NCBI GenBank assembly: GCA_025558095.1
Contig: JAIVFI010000019.1
Span: 310,001-374,000 of the forward strand
Length of the DNA: 64,000 nucleotides
From: Hyaloraphidium curvatum SAG 235-1
Taxonomy: Eukaryota; Fungi; Monoblepharomycota
Direction: 5' to 3'
Within the stretch, counting starts at the first letter, position 1; every line of letters starts with the position of its first letter. Under the pieces are notes generated by a model. The model did no database searches and had not been told where the DNA came from. It saw only the letters and a list, made by a program, of their open reading frames with translations. The position numbers were made by a program, and so were the translations under genes. This document shows positions 1 to 12,503 of the stretch, piece by piece.

Positions 1-156
1 GAGAACGACATAAACCCGGTCACCGGAGAGAAGGGAGGCCCGCGCGGACCGGAACCTACGCGCTACGGCGACTGGGAACGGAAGGTGGGAAGTCTTGAAG
101 GGCACTCTGCTCTGTCTTGACTTCCACTTCGTCAGGGTCGAGTGTACGACTTCTGA
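1..156 (+). CDS. SDHAF4: Succinate dehydrogenase assembly factor 4 (DUF1674), 3' part
   Basis: Exon 1-84 [32 protein letters not shown] intron 85-135, exon GRVYDF*. Matches the [19 protein letters not shown] signature. Confidence 0.93.
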
Positions 157-328
157 TCTGACAATTGATTTCGTTGATCAATGGCATTGTGCTCGCTACT
201 GTGTCGTCCATGCCTTCGATGCTGCCTGACGGCGAGCTCGGGAGATGAGGGAGGGTCCAGCGTCATCAACGCGTTGTCCCCCACCTCGAACCGGGACCAC
301 GCGCTACCGTGGGCGCTAGCCGTCGCCG

Positions 329-2592
329 ATGTCCGATCCCTCACGCGCCGGAACCAGCCGCGATGGTGCGGAGGCGGGACTCAGGAGACGAGCGGCCGCA
401 AAGGCCGAGGAGGCGGCCGAAGACGCGCCTCCACCTGCACCGCCTCCGGAGGACGGTGACGGCGAGCTCATCCCCGTTTGGGTCATCCTCGTGTCCATCG
501 GGTTGGGGCTCTGCATCCTATTTGCCTCTCTGGTGTACCTCTTCACCATGGCCCCCGGGATGCAGTGAGTAGGCGCGGTTCTGTCGCGCGGAGTGGTGTC
601 AGCTCAACGGACGGTGAACGGGACAGGGACGGGACCTATTTCATGATCCACAACGCGCGAATCTATACCATGGACGAGAGGATGCCCCTGGCGAACGTTG
701 CGGTGTTGCGCGGGGGCCGTTTCGTGGACGTGGGCGTCGAGGAGAACTTCGACATCATGGCCCGCCGTCACGGCAAGGCCAAAATGGTCGATCTACAGGG
801 CCTGACCGTCCTGCCGGGACTTCATGACTCCCATCTACACATCCACCACCTCGGGAGCTCGTATCTGAACGTGCAGCTCCAGGGAGCAAAGAGCCTCGAC
901 GGTTTGGGTGACCCTTCCTCATTGCGTGATCCCGGGAACTCATTCCCTCCGAAGAGGTCCGGGGTCGGATACGCCGCTACCTCGAGAACCCGCCGAAAGC
1001 GTTTGATCGTGGCAAGCAATGGGTGATCGGCATGGGCTGGGATCAGACCGTCATCGCCGACCTTCACGGACGCTTTCCCACTGCCGTAAGTCAAGCTGCT
1101 ACCTTTCACCGAGCTTCGTGTGAGATCGTGTTGGTCTCCAGGCCGATTTGGACGCGGATACCATCCTCGCCTCTGTCCCGATCTTGCTCTACCGGGTCGA
1201 CATCCATGCTTCATGGCTCAATGGGCGCGCTCTAAAGCTCGTGTCTGCAGAGTACCCCTTGTTGTTTGCGAAGGGCGGCCAGGCCATCGAGGGGGGAGAG
1301 ATTGCACGGCTACCGGACGGTTCGCCGAGCGGTGTTCTGATTGACAAAGCAATGAGGCTGGCAGAGGGCGTCAAGCCCAAACCGGGGAAAGACTGGGACG
1401 CCGAGGCCGTCAAGGTCGCAGGCGAAAAGATGGTACAGGTCGGGCTGACGACGGTGCAGGATGCCAGCGCAACGCCCCGATTCCTCGAGCTCTACAAGAG
1501 GTGGATTCTTCCTGGGGGCAGATTGATTTGGCCTGACTCTCGTGCCGCAGTGCCATCGATGCGGGAACCCTTCCGCTGCGCGTCTATGCAATGCTGCACT
1601 GCGAAGACGGCAGCACGTACTGCGGTGACGACTTTGACCAGCTTGACGGTTATGCCGATGGCAAGCTCACGCTCAAGAGCGTCAAGCTCTTCCTCGATGG
1701 TGCACTGGGGAGCTGGGGTGCTGCGATGTTCGAGCCTTATGCCGATCAAGCCAACAGCACCGGACTAGTCCAGATCGAGCCCGACGCATTCACGGAACTC
1801 GTTTGGGAGGTGAGCCACGGAACGCTGCGGATGGTTATAACTGCTCATGTCCCGCTTCAGTGGGTTCGCAACGGTTGGCAGGTCTGCTCGCATGCCATTG
1901 GCGACCGTGCAAACAACATGGCCTTGAACGCCTACGAGGAAGCGGGTCGGCGCGCTGCGGCAGCCAACTTCAACGCCTCGAGCCTTCGTTTGCGCGTCGA
2001 GCACGCCCAGCTCATTCGGCCGGAGGACATTGCGCGCTTCGGCCCCCTGCGGGTCATCCCTTCGATGCAGCCGACTCACTGCACTTCGGACATGCCCTAT
2101 GTGGAGCAGAGGTTGGGGAAGGAGCGCGCCAGGGCGGAGGGATACCGCTGGCGCAGCCTCCTGGATGCGGGCGCTCCAGCACTCGCTCTGGGTTCCGACG
2201 CGCCAGTGGAGGACGTCAATCCGTTCCTTGGTATCTACGCCGCCATTACGCGGAAGGATCTGTCGGGCAGATCGCCGCATGGTGACGTGGGATTCAACGC
2301 GGACGAGACCCTGTCGCGCGAACAAGCCGTGAAAGGCTTCACCACCTGGGCAGCCTACGCGGCTTTCCAGGAAAACACTTCGTGGGTTCCAGATGAACCG
2401 GCCTCAGGGTGATTGTGGCTGATTTGCTCCGAACAGCGGGTCGATCTCGCCTGGCAAATGGGGCGACCTAGTGGTGATCGATCGCGACATCTTCGAGGTC
2501 GACGAGCGGGACATTCCGGACACCAAGGTCCTCGCCACCGTCATCGGAGGGCAGACGGTCTACTCGGCAAGCGGAATCCTGGCACGGGATAG
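329..2592 (+). CDS. Amidohydrolase family 3 (YtcJ-like) with N-terminal TM anchor, multi-exon
   Basis: NARIYTM, VDLQGLTVLPGLHDSHLH, RVDIHASWLN, VKLFLDGALGS, HAIGDRAN, RVEHAQ, ALGSDAPVE, GSISPGKWGDLVVIDRD. TM segment IPVWVILVSIGLGLCILFASLVYLF in the first exon. Start uncertain. Confidence 0.88.
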
Positions 2593-2656
2593 CAAATAGA
2601 GAATCTCTCCTTGCCACCATGCACCGAAAGTCCGGTGCGGAGCTGATAAATGGTAA

Positions 2657-5590
2657 ATGGACAAACAATCCTACAACATGAACCGCGGTCGTGGCTCGCG
2701 TCCCACGACCCGGGGCGGTCGCGGCTCATCGCGGGCCCGCGGCGACACTGCCGAGAGGACTCGGACCAATCTGCCGGCGAAGCTCCTGGACGAGCTAAAC
2801 GCCGGGGAGGCAGACCAGCAAGACGCGCGACGCTTCAACAAGTTCCGGAACCATGCGCTGTCCCGAAAGAAGCAGCGCAAGGCGGAGCGCGAAATGAAGA
2901 AGAAAGTCGCCGATGATTATCACAGGAATGCCCACAAGGGCCAGCAGGCAGCTAGTGCTAAAGGCGGACGGCAGGGACTACAGAGCTCCGCTACCGGGAA
3001 GGGAGAGGGATCTCGCGTCGCCCAGCAATCGCACAAACGGACGGTAGATCGCACCACCGCGGCAGTCTTGAGGCCAACGAAACGCCGAAAGGTCGACGAA
3101 TCGACTTCGGGCCCCGATGTGGACGCCCAACGGATAGCCAAGTTTGCGGAAAAGAATCCTGCGCTTTACAGCCGTCTTCGCCGCGACAACTTGGTGTCTG
3201 CCGTGCCGGTGACGGCCCAGCAGGCGCGCGAAGACGAGGATGAAGACGAGCGGAACATGCGCCGCTACGCGAAACTCCTGGGCATCAAGCTGGACCCTAA
3301 AGGCAGCAAGCCCCAAAAGCTGCCTGCCGCATTCAAGAAGGACGGCCTTGCGGACATTTTTGCCGATCTGGGCAACTTCGAGATCGCGGAGGGCGACGGG
3401 GACTCCGCAGACGACGGCAAAGGGGAAGGCGGAGTGGGAGAAGAGAGTTCCGAGGACTCGGAGGCTTTTGACGAGGACGACGGGAGCGGAAGCTCTGCGG
3501 CATCAGAAGAGTTCGGTGACGAGCAGGATGCTTCCTCCTCGGCTAGCGAGCAAGATTCCGTTGAGGATGAAGCAAGCGACGATTCGGACGGGGACTCCGA
3601 AGAATCAATGACGTCCTTCGTTGATGCCGACGGAGTGAACGCGCATTCAGACGAAGGTTCGGAGGCTGGGGAGGCTTCCGAAAGCAAAGAAGGCTCAGAA
3701 GGGCCTGCACCCGAACTTTCGGCCACGGGAAATGGGCGTTACGTTCCCCCCCACTTGCGCAAGGTGGAGGCAAAACAGTCCGAGAGCTATTTGCGGCTGC
3801 AGCGTCATCTGAAGGGTCAGCTGAATCGCTTGACGGACTCAAACATGGAGTCCATCTTCAAAGTGGCTGAAGAGTCGTACCGTACCAACCCACGCCACAG
3901 TGAGCTTGAGCAACTGTGCTTTGTTTCCCGTCTCTGACGTTTCCCACAAGACGTGACCCAGGTCATTTCGGACTCGATCTTGGACTACGTGGTCGACACC
4001 GCGTCCTTGCTCGAGAGCTTCGTGTTGACGCAGGCGACTTTCGTCTCGCTGGTGCACAACATCATCGGCAATGACGTGGCTTCCCACATCGTGGAGAGCG
4101 CTGTCCGCAGATTCCTGGCGGCGTACGAAAACGCAAAAGGCGCCGATGATGAGGAACAGCGCGACAAAGTCTGTCTCAATCTCGCTACTTTCGTGGCCTA
4201 TTTGTACGACGTGAAGGTGGTTTCACGGGTCGCATTGCGTGTTGACTGAAGCTCACGGCGCTGCGCCCGGAAACAGGTTGTTGCGTGTGTGCTGGTGTAC
4301 GATTTCGTTCGTCTCTTCATCGCGAGTCTTGGGCTTCTCGATATCGAGCTCTTGCTCCGCATATTGAAGAGTGAGTGTCCTACGCTCGTCTTTGGAGTTG
4401 TGGTGTTGACTAGGTGACGCAGTTTCTGGCTACCATCTCCGGGCGGACGATCCGGCTGCCCTGAAGGAGATTGTGCTTCAAGTCCAGGCCAAGGTCAAGA
4501 ACATGGAGAAGGGCCCAAACTCGTTTCGCCTGGACTTCATGATCGAGACCATCATCGATCTGAAGAACAACAAGAAGAAGCTTTCGGGTGCCACGCAGAA
4601 CGAGGAGCTGGAAAGGCTGCGCAAGTTTGTTCAGAACATGATCAAGCGGAGGCTGGCGACGGGGGCGGAACCCCTGGGCTTCGGCCTCCAAGACGTCAGG
4701 GATGCTGACAGAAAAGGTAGGCTTTCAGCGCTGCGGCCGTTCCTCGATCTCGCTAGAGCCTTGTTTTTTAGGACGGTGGTGGGTCACCGGGGCCGCGTGG
4801 GTTGGCAGGGACTCGGAAACCGTGGACCCGTCTTCGGCGGCGTACCAGCCGGCCGCAAACGCCGCTCTCCTGGAGCTGGCGCGAAAGATGAACATGAACA
4901 CGGACGTCCGACGGAACATCTTCGTAGTCCTTATGAGCAGCGAGGTGCGCGTTCACGTGCTGGCGTGAACATTCCCTAACGCCTCAACGCCTGCAGGATT
5001 ATGCCGACGCCGTCGAGGGCCTTTTGAAGCTCAAGTTGAAGGACAAGCAGGACCGCGAGATTGCCCGCGTCATCGTCCTCTGCGCGGCGCAGGAACGCGC
5101 CCATAACTCCTACTACGAGCTGGTGGCTGCCCGGTTCTGCAACCTGAGCCACGGCCACAAGATCACATTTCAATACGTGCTTTGGGACGAGCTCAAGGCG
5201 GTGGACGACGCCGAGGTGCGCCGGATCAGCAACGTGGCGAGGTTCTACGGCCACCTGCTGTCTGTGCGCTCCCTCTCGATCTCGGTGCTCAAAGCGGTCG
5301 CCTTCGAGTCGCTGTCGCCCAAGCAGCTACTGTTCATGCGGATCCTGTTCCATGCGGTCTTCACGCACAGGCTGCCGGCTTCATTGGACGTTGGCGGCTA
5401 TCTTGGAGGCGTGTTTGGGTCGTTGCCGCCCAACCCGGACTTTGATGCCCTGAAAGTTGGGATCGGTGTCTTCCTCGCCAAGTACATGCTGGCAGAAGAC
5501 GGGAACGATGCCGTTGTGAAGGCGTCGGAGCGCAAGGAAGTCGAGGCTAAAGTGAAGAAGGCCCGCAAGATACTCCGCGGCAAGGAATAA
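2657..5590 (+). CDS. SGD1: Nucleolar MIF4G/MA3 domain protein Sgd1/NOM1
   Basis: SRKKQRKAER, YVPPHLR, LKGQLNRLTDSNM, FMIETIIDLKNNK, GRWWVTGAAW, LARKMNMNTDVRRNIFVVLMSSEDY; several short GT-AG introns. Confidence 0.92.
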
Positions 5591-5672
5591 CAGCTATCAG
5601 AGCGCATACATTTGCTTGTCTGAGGGGTATTTCAACGACAGAGATGTGATTCAATCCAGATCCAGCAGCGGT

Positions 5673-8480
5673 CTACACCCAACCCTTGAACCACGTCGAG
5701 CTCCGCTGCAGCGTTGCGTTGAGCTTCCTCGGCGCTTCCTCGAGAGGGTCGAAGAACTGCTCCGAGCGTTTGTAGGACGGTGTGTCCGGAGGTCCCGGTG
5801 CAGCGGCGGGCTCCACCGGCACCGGCTGAGCGCTGAAGAACAAGTTCGTGAAGCGGTTCCAAACCGACGGCCCCGGCGCGGGCTCGTCGTGTCCCGCGCC
5901 TCCGGTATGCGGCACGGTTTCGGAGATTTTCTGCGACTTCATTGTCGGGAACGGTACCTTAGTAGCCGTTCCTGCCCGCGTAACGCGCGGCGCCGTGACG
6001 AAGCGCTCCGGTTGGCCGATGTCGGAGACGGACTCGCTCGGGCTTTCGAAGCCCGAGTCCGTGTCGCCGTCGCCGCTATCATCAGCATCGTCCGTGAGGT
6101 CCTCGTCGAGCTCGCTGTGAACCCCGTCAATCGAAAGGGAGGCGCGGTCCTCGGGCGGTTTCTCGAAACCTCCAGGCATTGGCTCTGCGGCGGTGGATGC
6201 CGAACCCCCATTGACAGGGGCTTGTCCGTTCAACGCAGAGTGCTCCACTGTAACCCCATCCGCATCGCTGCGTTCCCCGTCAATCGAAATCGAGGAGTTG
6301 TCCTCCGACTGTGCTTCGAAGCCTTCCGGCATGGCCTCTGCAGCGGTCACCGGCTCCACAGGGTCCACTCTCGCGCTGGCAGGGGTGTGTGGCCCCAGAT
6401 CGATGCTCGCCGGTGCCGGCGACGGTGGGTCGTCCGAGTCGTAGTCAGCGGTCGCATGGCGCACCACGATCGCGACCGGGGTCGGCACATACACCGGCTT
6501 CGGCGCCGGCACAGACACTGGTTTCGAAGCTGGCACAGACACTGCCATTGGTGCCGGCACAGGTGCCGCAGCCTTTGGTGCCGGGGGAGGCACAGTCGGC
6601 AGAGGAGCGAGGGCTTCCGCGATTACCGGCGATGCGACGAGGGAAACGCCTGATTGCGGCAGGGCACCGTTGCCCAGCAGCATCCCCCTGAGCTTCTGCA
6701 GCTCCAGCGCCGCAGGTGGCGAGGTCGGCACCGATTCGACCGGGGCCGGCGACGTGAGGGCTTCCCGGTACTGCTCCCCCGTGAAGTTGACCTCGATCTC
6801 GTGGTCCGTCAGGAACCACGACTGCGACGCGGAGTCGGTCAGGCCCGAGCGCTACCAAGCTCGCCGCAAGCCACCAACCTGCCACCACTGGTTCGATTCC
6901 TCCTCCGGCTTCTGGTCCCGTCCGGCGACTTCCGTGTCCCCGCCCCAATCCGTTTCCGGCGGAGGTTCGATTTTCGGATCTGTCAGCATCCTCTTCGCCG
7001 ACCTCTCCAGGGTGCCCTTGGCTCCCGTCGCCCGGTACTGGTCGAAGCCGTCCAGGACCGGTTTCCAGTCCGGGTTGCTCTCGTCAAAGACCTCCCAACC
7101 CTCCTCCTCGTCGGGCACGTGGACGTCCTTGAGCTTCTTCCGCTGCACCTTCTTGCCCCAGTTGTCCCGCCAACGGATGAACCAGAGGAAGGCGAAGAAC
7201 GAGAGGGCGTACGCGCAGAGGAGCAAAATGAGACCCTATTGCACGCCAGGCGGATCAGAACGGAGGAGCGGCAACCCGCGCGCGGGGTGGCTCACAATCC
7301 AAGCGATAGCATTCGATGGGATGTTGATGGCGAAGCCGCCATTGTTGTCCGAGTCCCAGAACGTGAACCTGCCGCGCGAGAGCTGTGTGAGGCAGCACAG
7401 AGGAACACGGCTCTCGCCCACTGACCTGCAGCTCTCGCAGAAGGCTTGGATGATCCAGGCGAGGAACGTGTACCCCAGGACGATTCCCTGCATCACCCAT
7501 CTGGGTAACGTTGGGTTGGTTTCGTCACGAGACCGGAGGAGCCGGAAACCTACAAGTTGCCCCACACCAGCGGCAGGCGCTGCAGCACGAAAAAGTCGCA
7601 GATGACTGCGAAACCCGGCGGTGAGCAAATGCGCGGCGGCCGCCGCTTCAATACCCACCAAGGATCACAGCAATGCCGTGCGTGAAGATTCCGATGATGC
7701 TTGTGTCGCCTTCGAGGCGGCGCACACCCCAGTACAGCAGCGCGCCGATCAGAGTAAGAGGAGCTGCACGGAATTGCGTGAGTGCAATTCAGTAGGGTGG
7801 ACAGACAGGCAGACCTTGGATCGGCCCGAACATGAACATGAGCTTCCGCAGCAGGTCGCTCGGGAAGACATATGCCGTTCGCTTCGTGAGGGTCGCCACG
7901 TAGTAAATCCCGCCGAGGCCCATGATGAGGTAGTAGATGGCAAGGCAGAAGAAGTTTAGGCTGCGTGCGGACGAGCCGTCAGATGCGGCCACCCCGCGTC
8001 CAAAGAGCCCGCAGACACACTTAAAGAAGGACGCAAAGTAGTCGATTTCCAGATTTCGCGCCAGGCTGAGGCCCATGAAGGACATCATAAAAAACGCGAA
8101 GACGAGCCGCGCGACCATGACCCAGGCGGCGGGGATGAACCACGACGACACCTGGGGCCCGATGAGCGTCAGCCCGACGACCACGGGCCCGGGCAGCCGA
8201 CGCACCAGCTGTGTGTCGTCGAAAGCCACGAAGAAACCCCGCCGCTCCCAGAACGTGAGCTCCTTCCTCTGCGTGGGTGTGAGCGTGAGCTGCTTGACCG
8301 GCCGTCTCTGCCGCGGACACCGACGACATAGTTCGGCGCGACAGTCTCTGCATAGCGCGCGACGACGTCCGAGTGGCCCTCCTGCTGGTCGGCGTCCGGC
8401 TTCGCGGACGCGGGCGAGTCGATGAACTGCAGCTGCGGCACGTCCGCGCCGGCGGAGAAGTGGACGGCGTCGCGCGACAT
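5673..8480 (-). CDS. Polytopic membrane protein (about 6 TM; weak rolling-stone/AIG1-like resemblance) with a long Pro/acidic C-terminal tail
   Basis: In-frame splicing joins ORFs 8169-8612, 7789-8229, 7236-7661, 6852-7226 and 5673-6731. Several hydrophobic helices, including FTHGIAVILVICDFFVLQRLP. Confidence 0.6.
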
Positions 8481-8726
8481 CAGCGCGGCCGCATCGCGCT
8501 GGCCCCGCGGGGCGCGCCGCGTGTGGGACTGCGGTATTCGCGAGCCCTGATGCGGGGAGGGCTGCGGCGGACGATCAGGCGGACGATCGCTGGCGGTCTC
8601 TTCGACGCTCAACCCCTCCCCGCAACCACCTACTGGCTGCTATAGACGCGTCCTGCCTCCGATTTTATTGTATTGGTTTCTTTCTTTGGACTGCGTTCCC
8701 CCGCGGCTCCCGCGCCCGCCGGCACC

Positions 8727-10202
8727 ATGTCGCTGTGGGTCGACAAGTACCGGCCGCAGAGCCTGGAGAAGATGGACTACCACAAGGACCTTTCCGTGCG
8801 GCTCAGGAAGATGGTGCGCCCGCCGTGCGCACCGCCGGCACGCCGCTGAGCCCGCTTCCCGCAGGCCGCGTCGGGGGACTTCCCGCACATCCTCGTCTAC
8901 GGCCCCTCGGGCGCGGGCAAGAAGACGCGGATCATGGCCGTGCTGAAGGAGCTGTACGGGAGCGGCGTGGAAAAGGTGCGCACGCGTCAGGACGCGCCGG
9001 CCTCGGCTCGCAGGCGCTGAACCGGCCCTCGGTGGACCGCGGTCCCGGTCGCGTCTACAGCTCAAGATCGACCAGCGGACGACGACGACGAGCTCCGGGA
9101 GGAAGGTCGAGATCAACATCGTGCAGAGCAACTACCATCTGGAGGTCACTCCGAGGTGGGGCCGAGGAACCGGGGCCTCCCGCCTCGTTCCCCTTACACG
9201 GTGCCTGCCAGCGATGTCGGCAACTACGACCGCGTGGTGATCCAGGACCTCATTAAGGAGACCGCGCAGACTCAGCAGGTCGACACAAACGCCCCGCGGC
9301 GGTTCAAGGGTGAGCCTCGCGTTCGATTCGTCGCTCGCGTCACCTCACAGCCCCTCCAGTCGTCGTCATCAACGAGGCCGAGTCCCTCTCCCGCGACGCG
9401 CAGCAGGCCCTCCGCCGCACGATGGAAAAATACATGGGCAACATCCGCTTCATCATGTGCTGCAAGTCGACGAGCAAGATCATGGCGCCCATCCGGAGCA
9501 GGTGCCTGCTGGTCCGCGTGGCCGCGCCCGAGGTCGACGAGGTGTGTTGCTCGGGGCTTTACAGGAGGGCGTGTCCTGATTCGCTTCCGCTGCGCAGATG
9601 GTCCCGGTCCTCACCCGCGTGGCGGAGAAAGAGCGGCATTCCGTGCAGCCCGAGTACATCCGCCGGATCGCGGAGCGCTCGGGGCGCAACATGCGCAAGG
9701 CGCTGCTGATGCTCGAGACGGCGTGCGTGCAGGGCCTGGTGAAGCAGGGGAACCCGAAGGAGGTGCCGATCACGGACTGGGAGGAGTTTGCAAAGGCCAC
9801 GGCGAAGCTGGTCATCGAGGAGCAGAGTGCGATGCGGTGCGTCGGCCTCCGGTGCCGTCGCGGGCGATGATTTGTGGATTGCTGACGATTCGGCCCACAG
9901 CCTGCTCCAGGTCCGGGCACGGCTCTACGAGCTCCTGACAAAGTGCATCCCCGCTGATACGGTGCTCAAGACGGTGGCAACGGAGATTCTTGGCATGGTG
10001 GACGGGCACCTGAAGCCCGAGATCATGATCCAGGCGGCGTTTTACGTGCGTAGCCTCAGCGGACCGCGATCGGGACTTTCTCAACGCCTCCAAACAGGAA
10101 CACCGGTTACGCGCCGGCAGCAAGGCCATCTTCCACCTCGAGGCCTTTGTCGCCAAGGTGATGGCAATCTACAAGCGCTACCTCGTGGAGACGTATGGTT
10201 GA
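8727..10202 (+). CDS. RFC3: Replication factor C small subunit (human RFC3 / yeast Rfc5)
   Basis: [75 protein letters not shown]; many short introns. Confidence 0.95.
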
Positions 10203-10374
10203 GGAGGGGGTGGACTAGGTGGACGTTGATTCGGGTCCCGGAAGATGCCCAAATACCCTTTTGCATTGTACAGATGAAGCACAACATGCTCTGAATACCG
10301 AACAGTGTTGCTGGTAGCGTTTTGGTCCACGTTCAGGTTGAGGGATTGCTGGAAGGATCGTCGACCAGGGGGGT

Positions 10375-11207
10375 TCACTGCCGGGGGAAGACATCGTGAG
10401 CACACGAACCTCGGAAACACGGCGCAAATTGCAGACTTTCCAGCCGGATTTCCAGCCTGGATTGAAGCAATTGAGGGCGGAATCAGTTCTTAGGAGTCCC
10501 GAGAAGCAGTCGCTGACGACCGGAACCCTGCGAACCCACCGAAACCTCCATACCCAAATTTGGGCCCTTTCATCATTGCCCCGAGCATCATTCCGCCCAT
10601 CATTGCCGAAGACATGCCCATACCCGATCCCCCGTAGTATCCCGAGCTGTAGCCCGTCGAACGGGTCGGCTGGACCACGACGGTGGTTGTCGTTGGCACG
10701 GGAGCGTAGTTCACTGGCGGCTGCGAGTAGTACGGCTGGGGTGCAGGCTGATAAGCCACGGGTGGAGCTTGATATGGCGCAGGGGCGTAGCCGGGGGGAG
10801 CAGGAGCGACAGGGGCAGGGGGAGGCGGGGGAGGAGGACCCCTGGGGTCATTCCACGTCGTTTGGCCGGCCGTGTTGTAGTAGTAGTAGCTAAGAGCATT
10901 GCAAGAAGGGTCCAAGGAGCAGCAGCACGTGTTGGGCGACGGAGATCGAGCAAGGAGCGTGAGCGGGATCGGGGGAGACACAAGAGGCGGCCGACGCCTA
11001 CCGGCCAGAGTTGGCGTCCCACTGAGCCGACCAGCTATGATGTCGGATGACCAGAGAGCACCGAGACAAGCGGAAGGAGGTCGAACAGAGGTGCGAGCCA
11101 CGGGATCGGGGTGTCAGACCACGTCTCCGGCGGCGCCCCCGCGCCACGCAGCAACGCGATACGCACCCCGGAGGCAGCGGCCGCGTATCCTGAGGTGCGT
11201 ACGACAT
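10375..11207 (-). CDS. Small WW-domain protein with Pro/Tyr- and Gly/Met-rich tail (Wwm1-like)
   Basis: Spliced WW domain LPPGWSAQWDANSGRYYYYNTAGQTTWNDPR, then PPPPPPP and MGGMMLGAMM. 3' exons inferred (GWKSGWK, then stop). Confidence 0.8.
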
Positions 11208-11297
11208 GGCGGCGGGGGCAGGACTCGAGCACTGGATGCTGCCTTGTTCGACACAGCACCGGCCGATCAACGCAAGGGGGTGAAGGGATCGGGAAAG

Positions 11298-12481
11298 ATG
11301 GCCGCCGAATCTGTACATCAGGACGCCAAGAGCGCGGCCGCAGCGTACTGGGCGCGATTTCAGAATGATAAAAAAAGTCGGCACCTGTTGTTTCCGGCCG
11401 CTCGAGCCCCTCTGACGCGTCATCGGAGCAGCAATCCATTCGGACCTCGGGGCGGTCGTCCCCACTGCCCCGGACGCTGCGGACGCGCTGGACAGGATCA
11501 ACACGCGTTTATCCGAGATGGAAAAGGAGTACACTGCAGCGATGGGCGTTCTGTCGGCGTACGATCAGCGGCAGTGCGGCGAGGTGGGCTGCTGCCAACT
11601 CCGCGTACCGGAGTCCATCAACTCACACGTGGGAACAGCAACTACGAGAGCTGTCCGCGGCCTACTCAGCCAAACGGGCTGAGCTGAAGCCCAAGAGCAA
11701 GTTTGCTTTCAAGTCGAAGAAGCCGGCAGAAACGAAGGCGGCCGAGGCAATATCGGAAGCTCCGGCCAAACCCCCGGTCCAACGTGCGTAACTCCTCTTG
11801 TTGCTTTCATGTTGCCCTTTGTTTATCACATCTTGCGTGGGATTCTTAAGCTGCACCGCCTGCTGCAGCCAGGCAGGCTTCGCGGCCGGAACCTCCGCCA
11901 GGATCCATATCCTTCTCCAACCTCCAAGACGAGCTCATCACCCTTACCCTCGACCAGTTCTCCCAGCCGCGCGGGGACGTCTATCTTTCTGCGCTGAAGC
12001 GCTGCGTCGTCGACCTCCGTCTCCTCGGAGGGGGCGCTTCGGTCTCGCGCGTGCAGGCGGACGGGATTGAAGGCTGCACCGTTCTGACGGGGAATGTCGG
12101 GGGCTCGGTGCTGATCTACGGGAGCAAGGATACTGTGTGGGCTATTCGGAGCCAACAGGTAGGCTCTCTCGCACTTCGTTGAACTTCCTTGATTCACTTG
12201 CGCTTTGTCTGCAGGTCCGCATCCACGACGCGATCGACACGGACTTCTATCTGCTGGTCGCCAGCAAGCCCATAATTGAAACCAGCCGGGGCCTGCGCTT
12301 TGCTCCCCTGGGTCCCGATTCAGCCGGTACGATCAACCGGTGGTCAGAGGTCGAGGACTTCAACTGGCTCCGAAAGCAGGCCAGCCCGAACTGGTGCGTC
12401 GTGGACGACGGGGAGCGGATCCAGGACTTTGACGCCCTAATCGCGGGCAAGAAAGCCGGCAGACCCGGGCCAGAACAATAG
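11298..12481 (+). CDS. TBCC: Tubulin-specific chaperone C (cofactor C)
   Basis: YDQRQ, LKPKSKFAFKS, GSVLI, QQVRIHDA, PIIE..GLRFAP, NRWSEVEDFNWLRKQASPNW. Confidence 0.92.
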
Positions 12482-12503
12482 ACGATGGCTGCACGGGCTC
12501 TAT

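Noticed and set aside
5616-6653. Many long antisense or alternative-frame ORFs (also 26708-28132, 34069-35850, 36632-37675, 59652-60815)
   Set aside because: Shadow ORFs expected from high GC and codon bias opposite real genes; no motifs.
8646-8651. MCB-like ACGCGT upstream of RFC3 (also GTAAACAA near 38167 and CGCGAAA near 63576)
   Set aside because: Single short motifs are expected by chance in GC-rich DNA.
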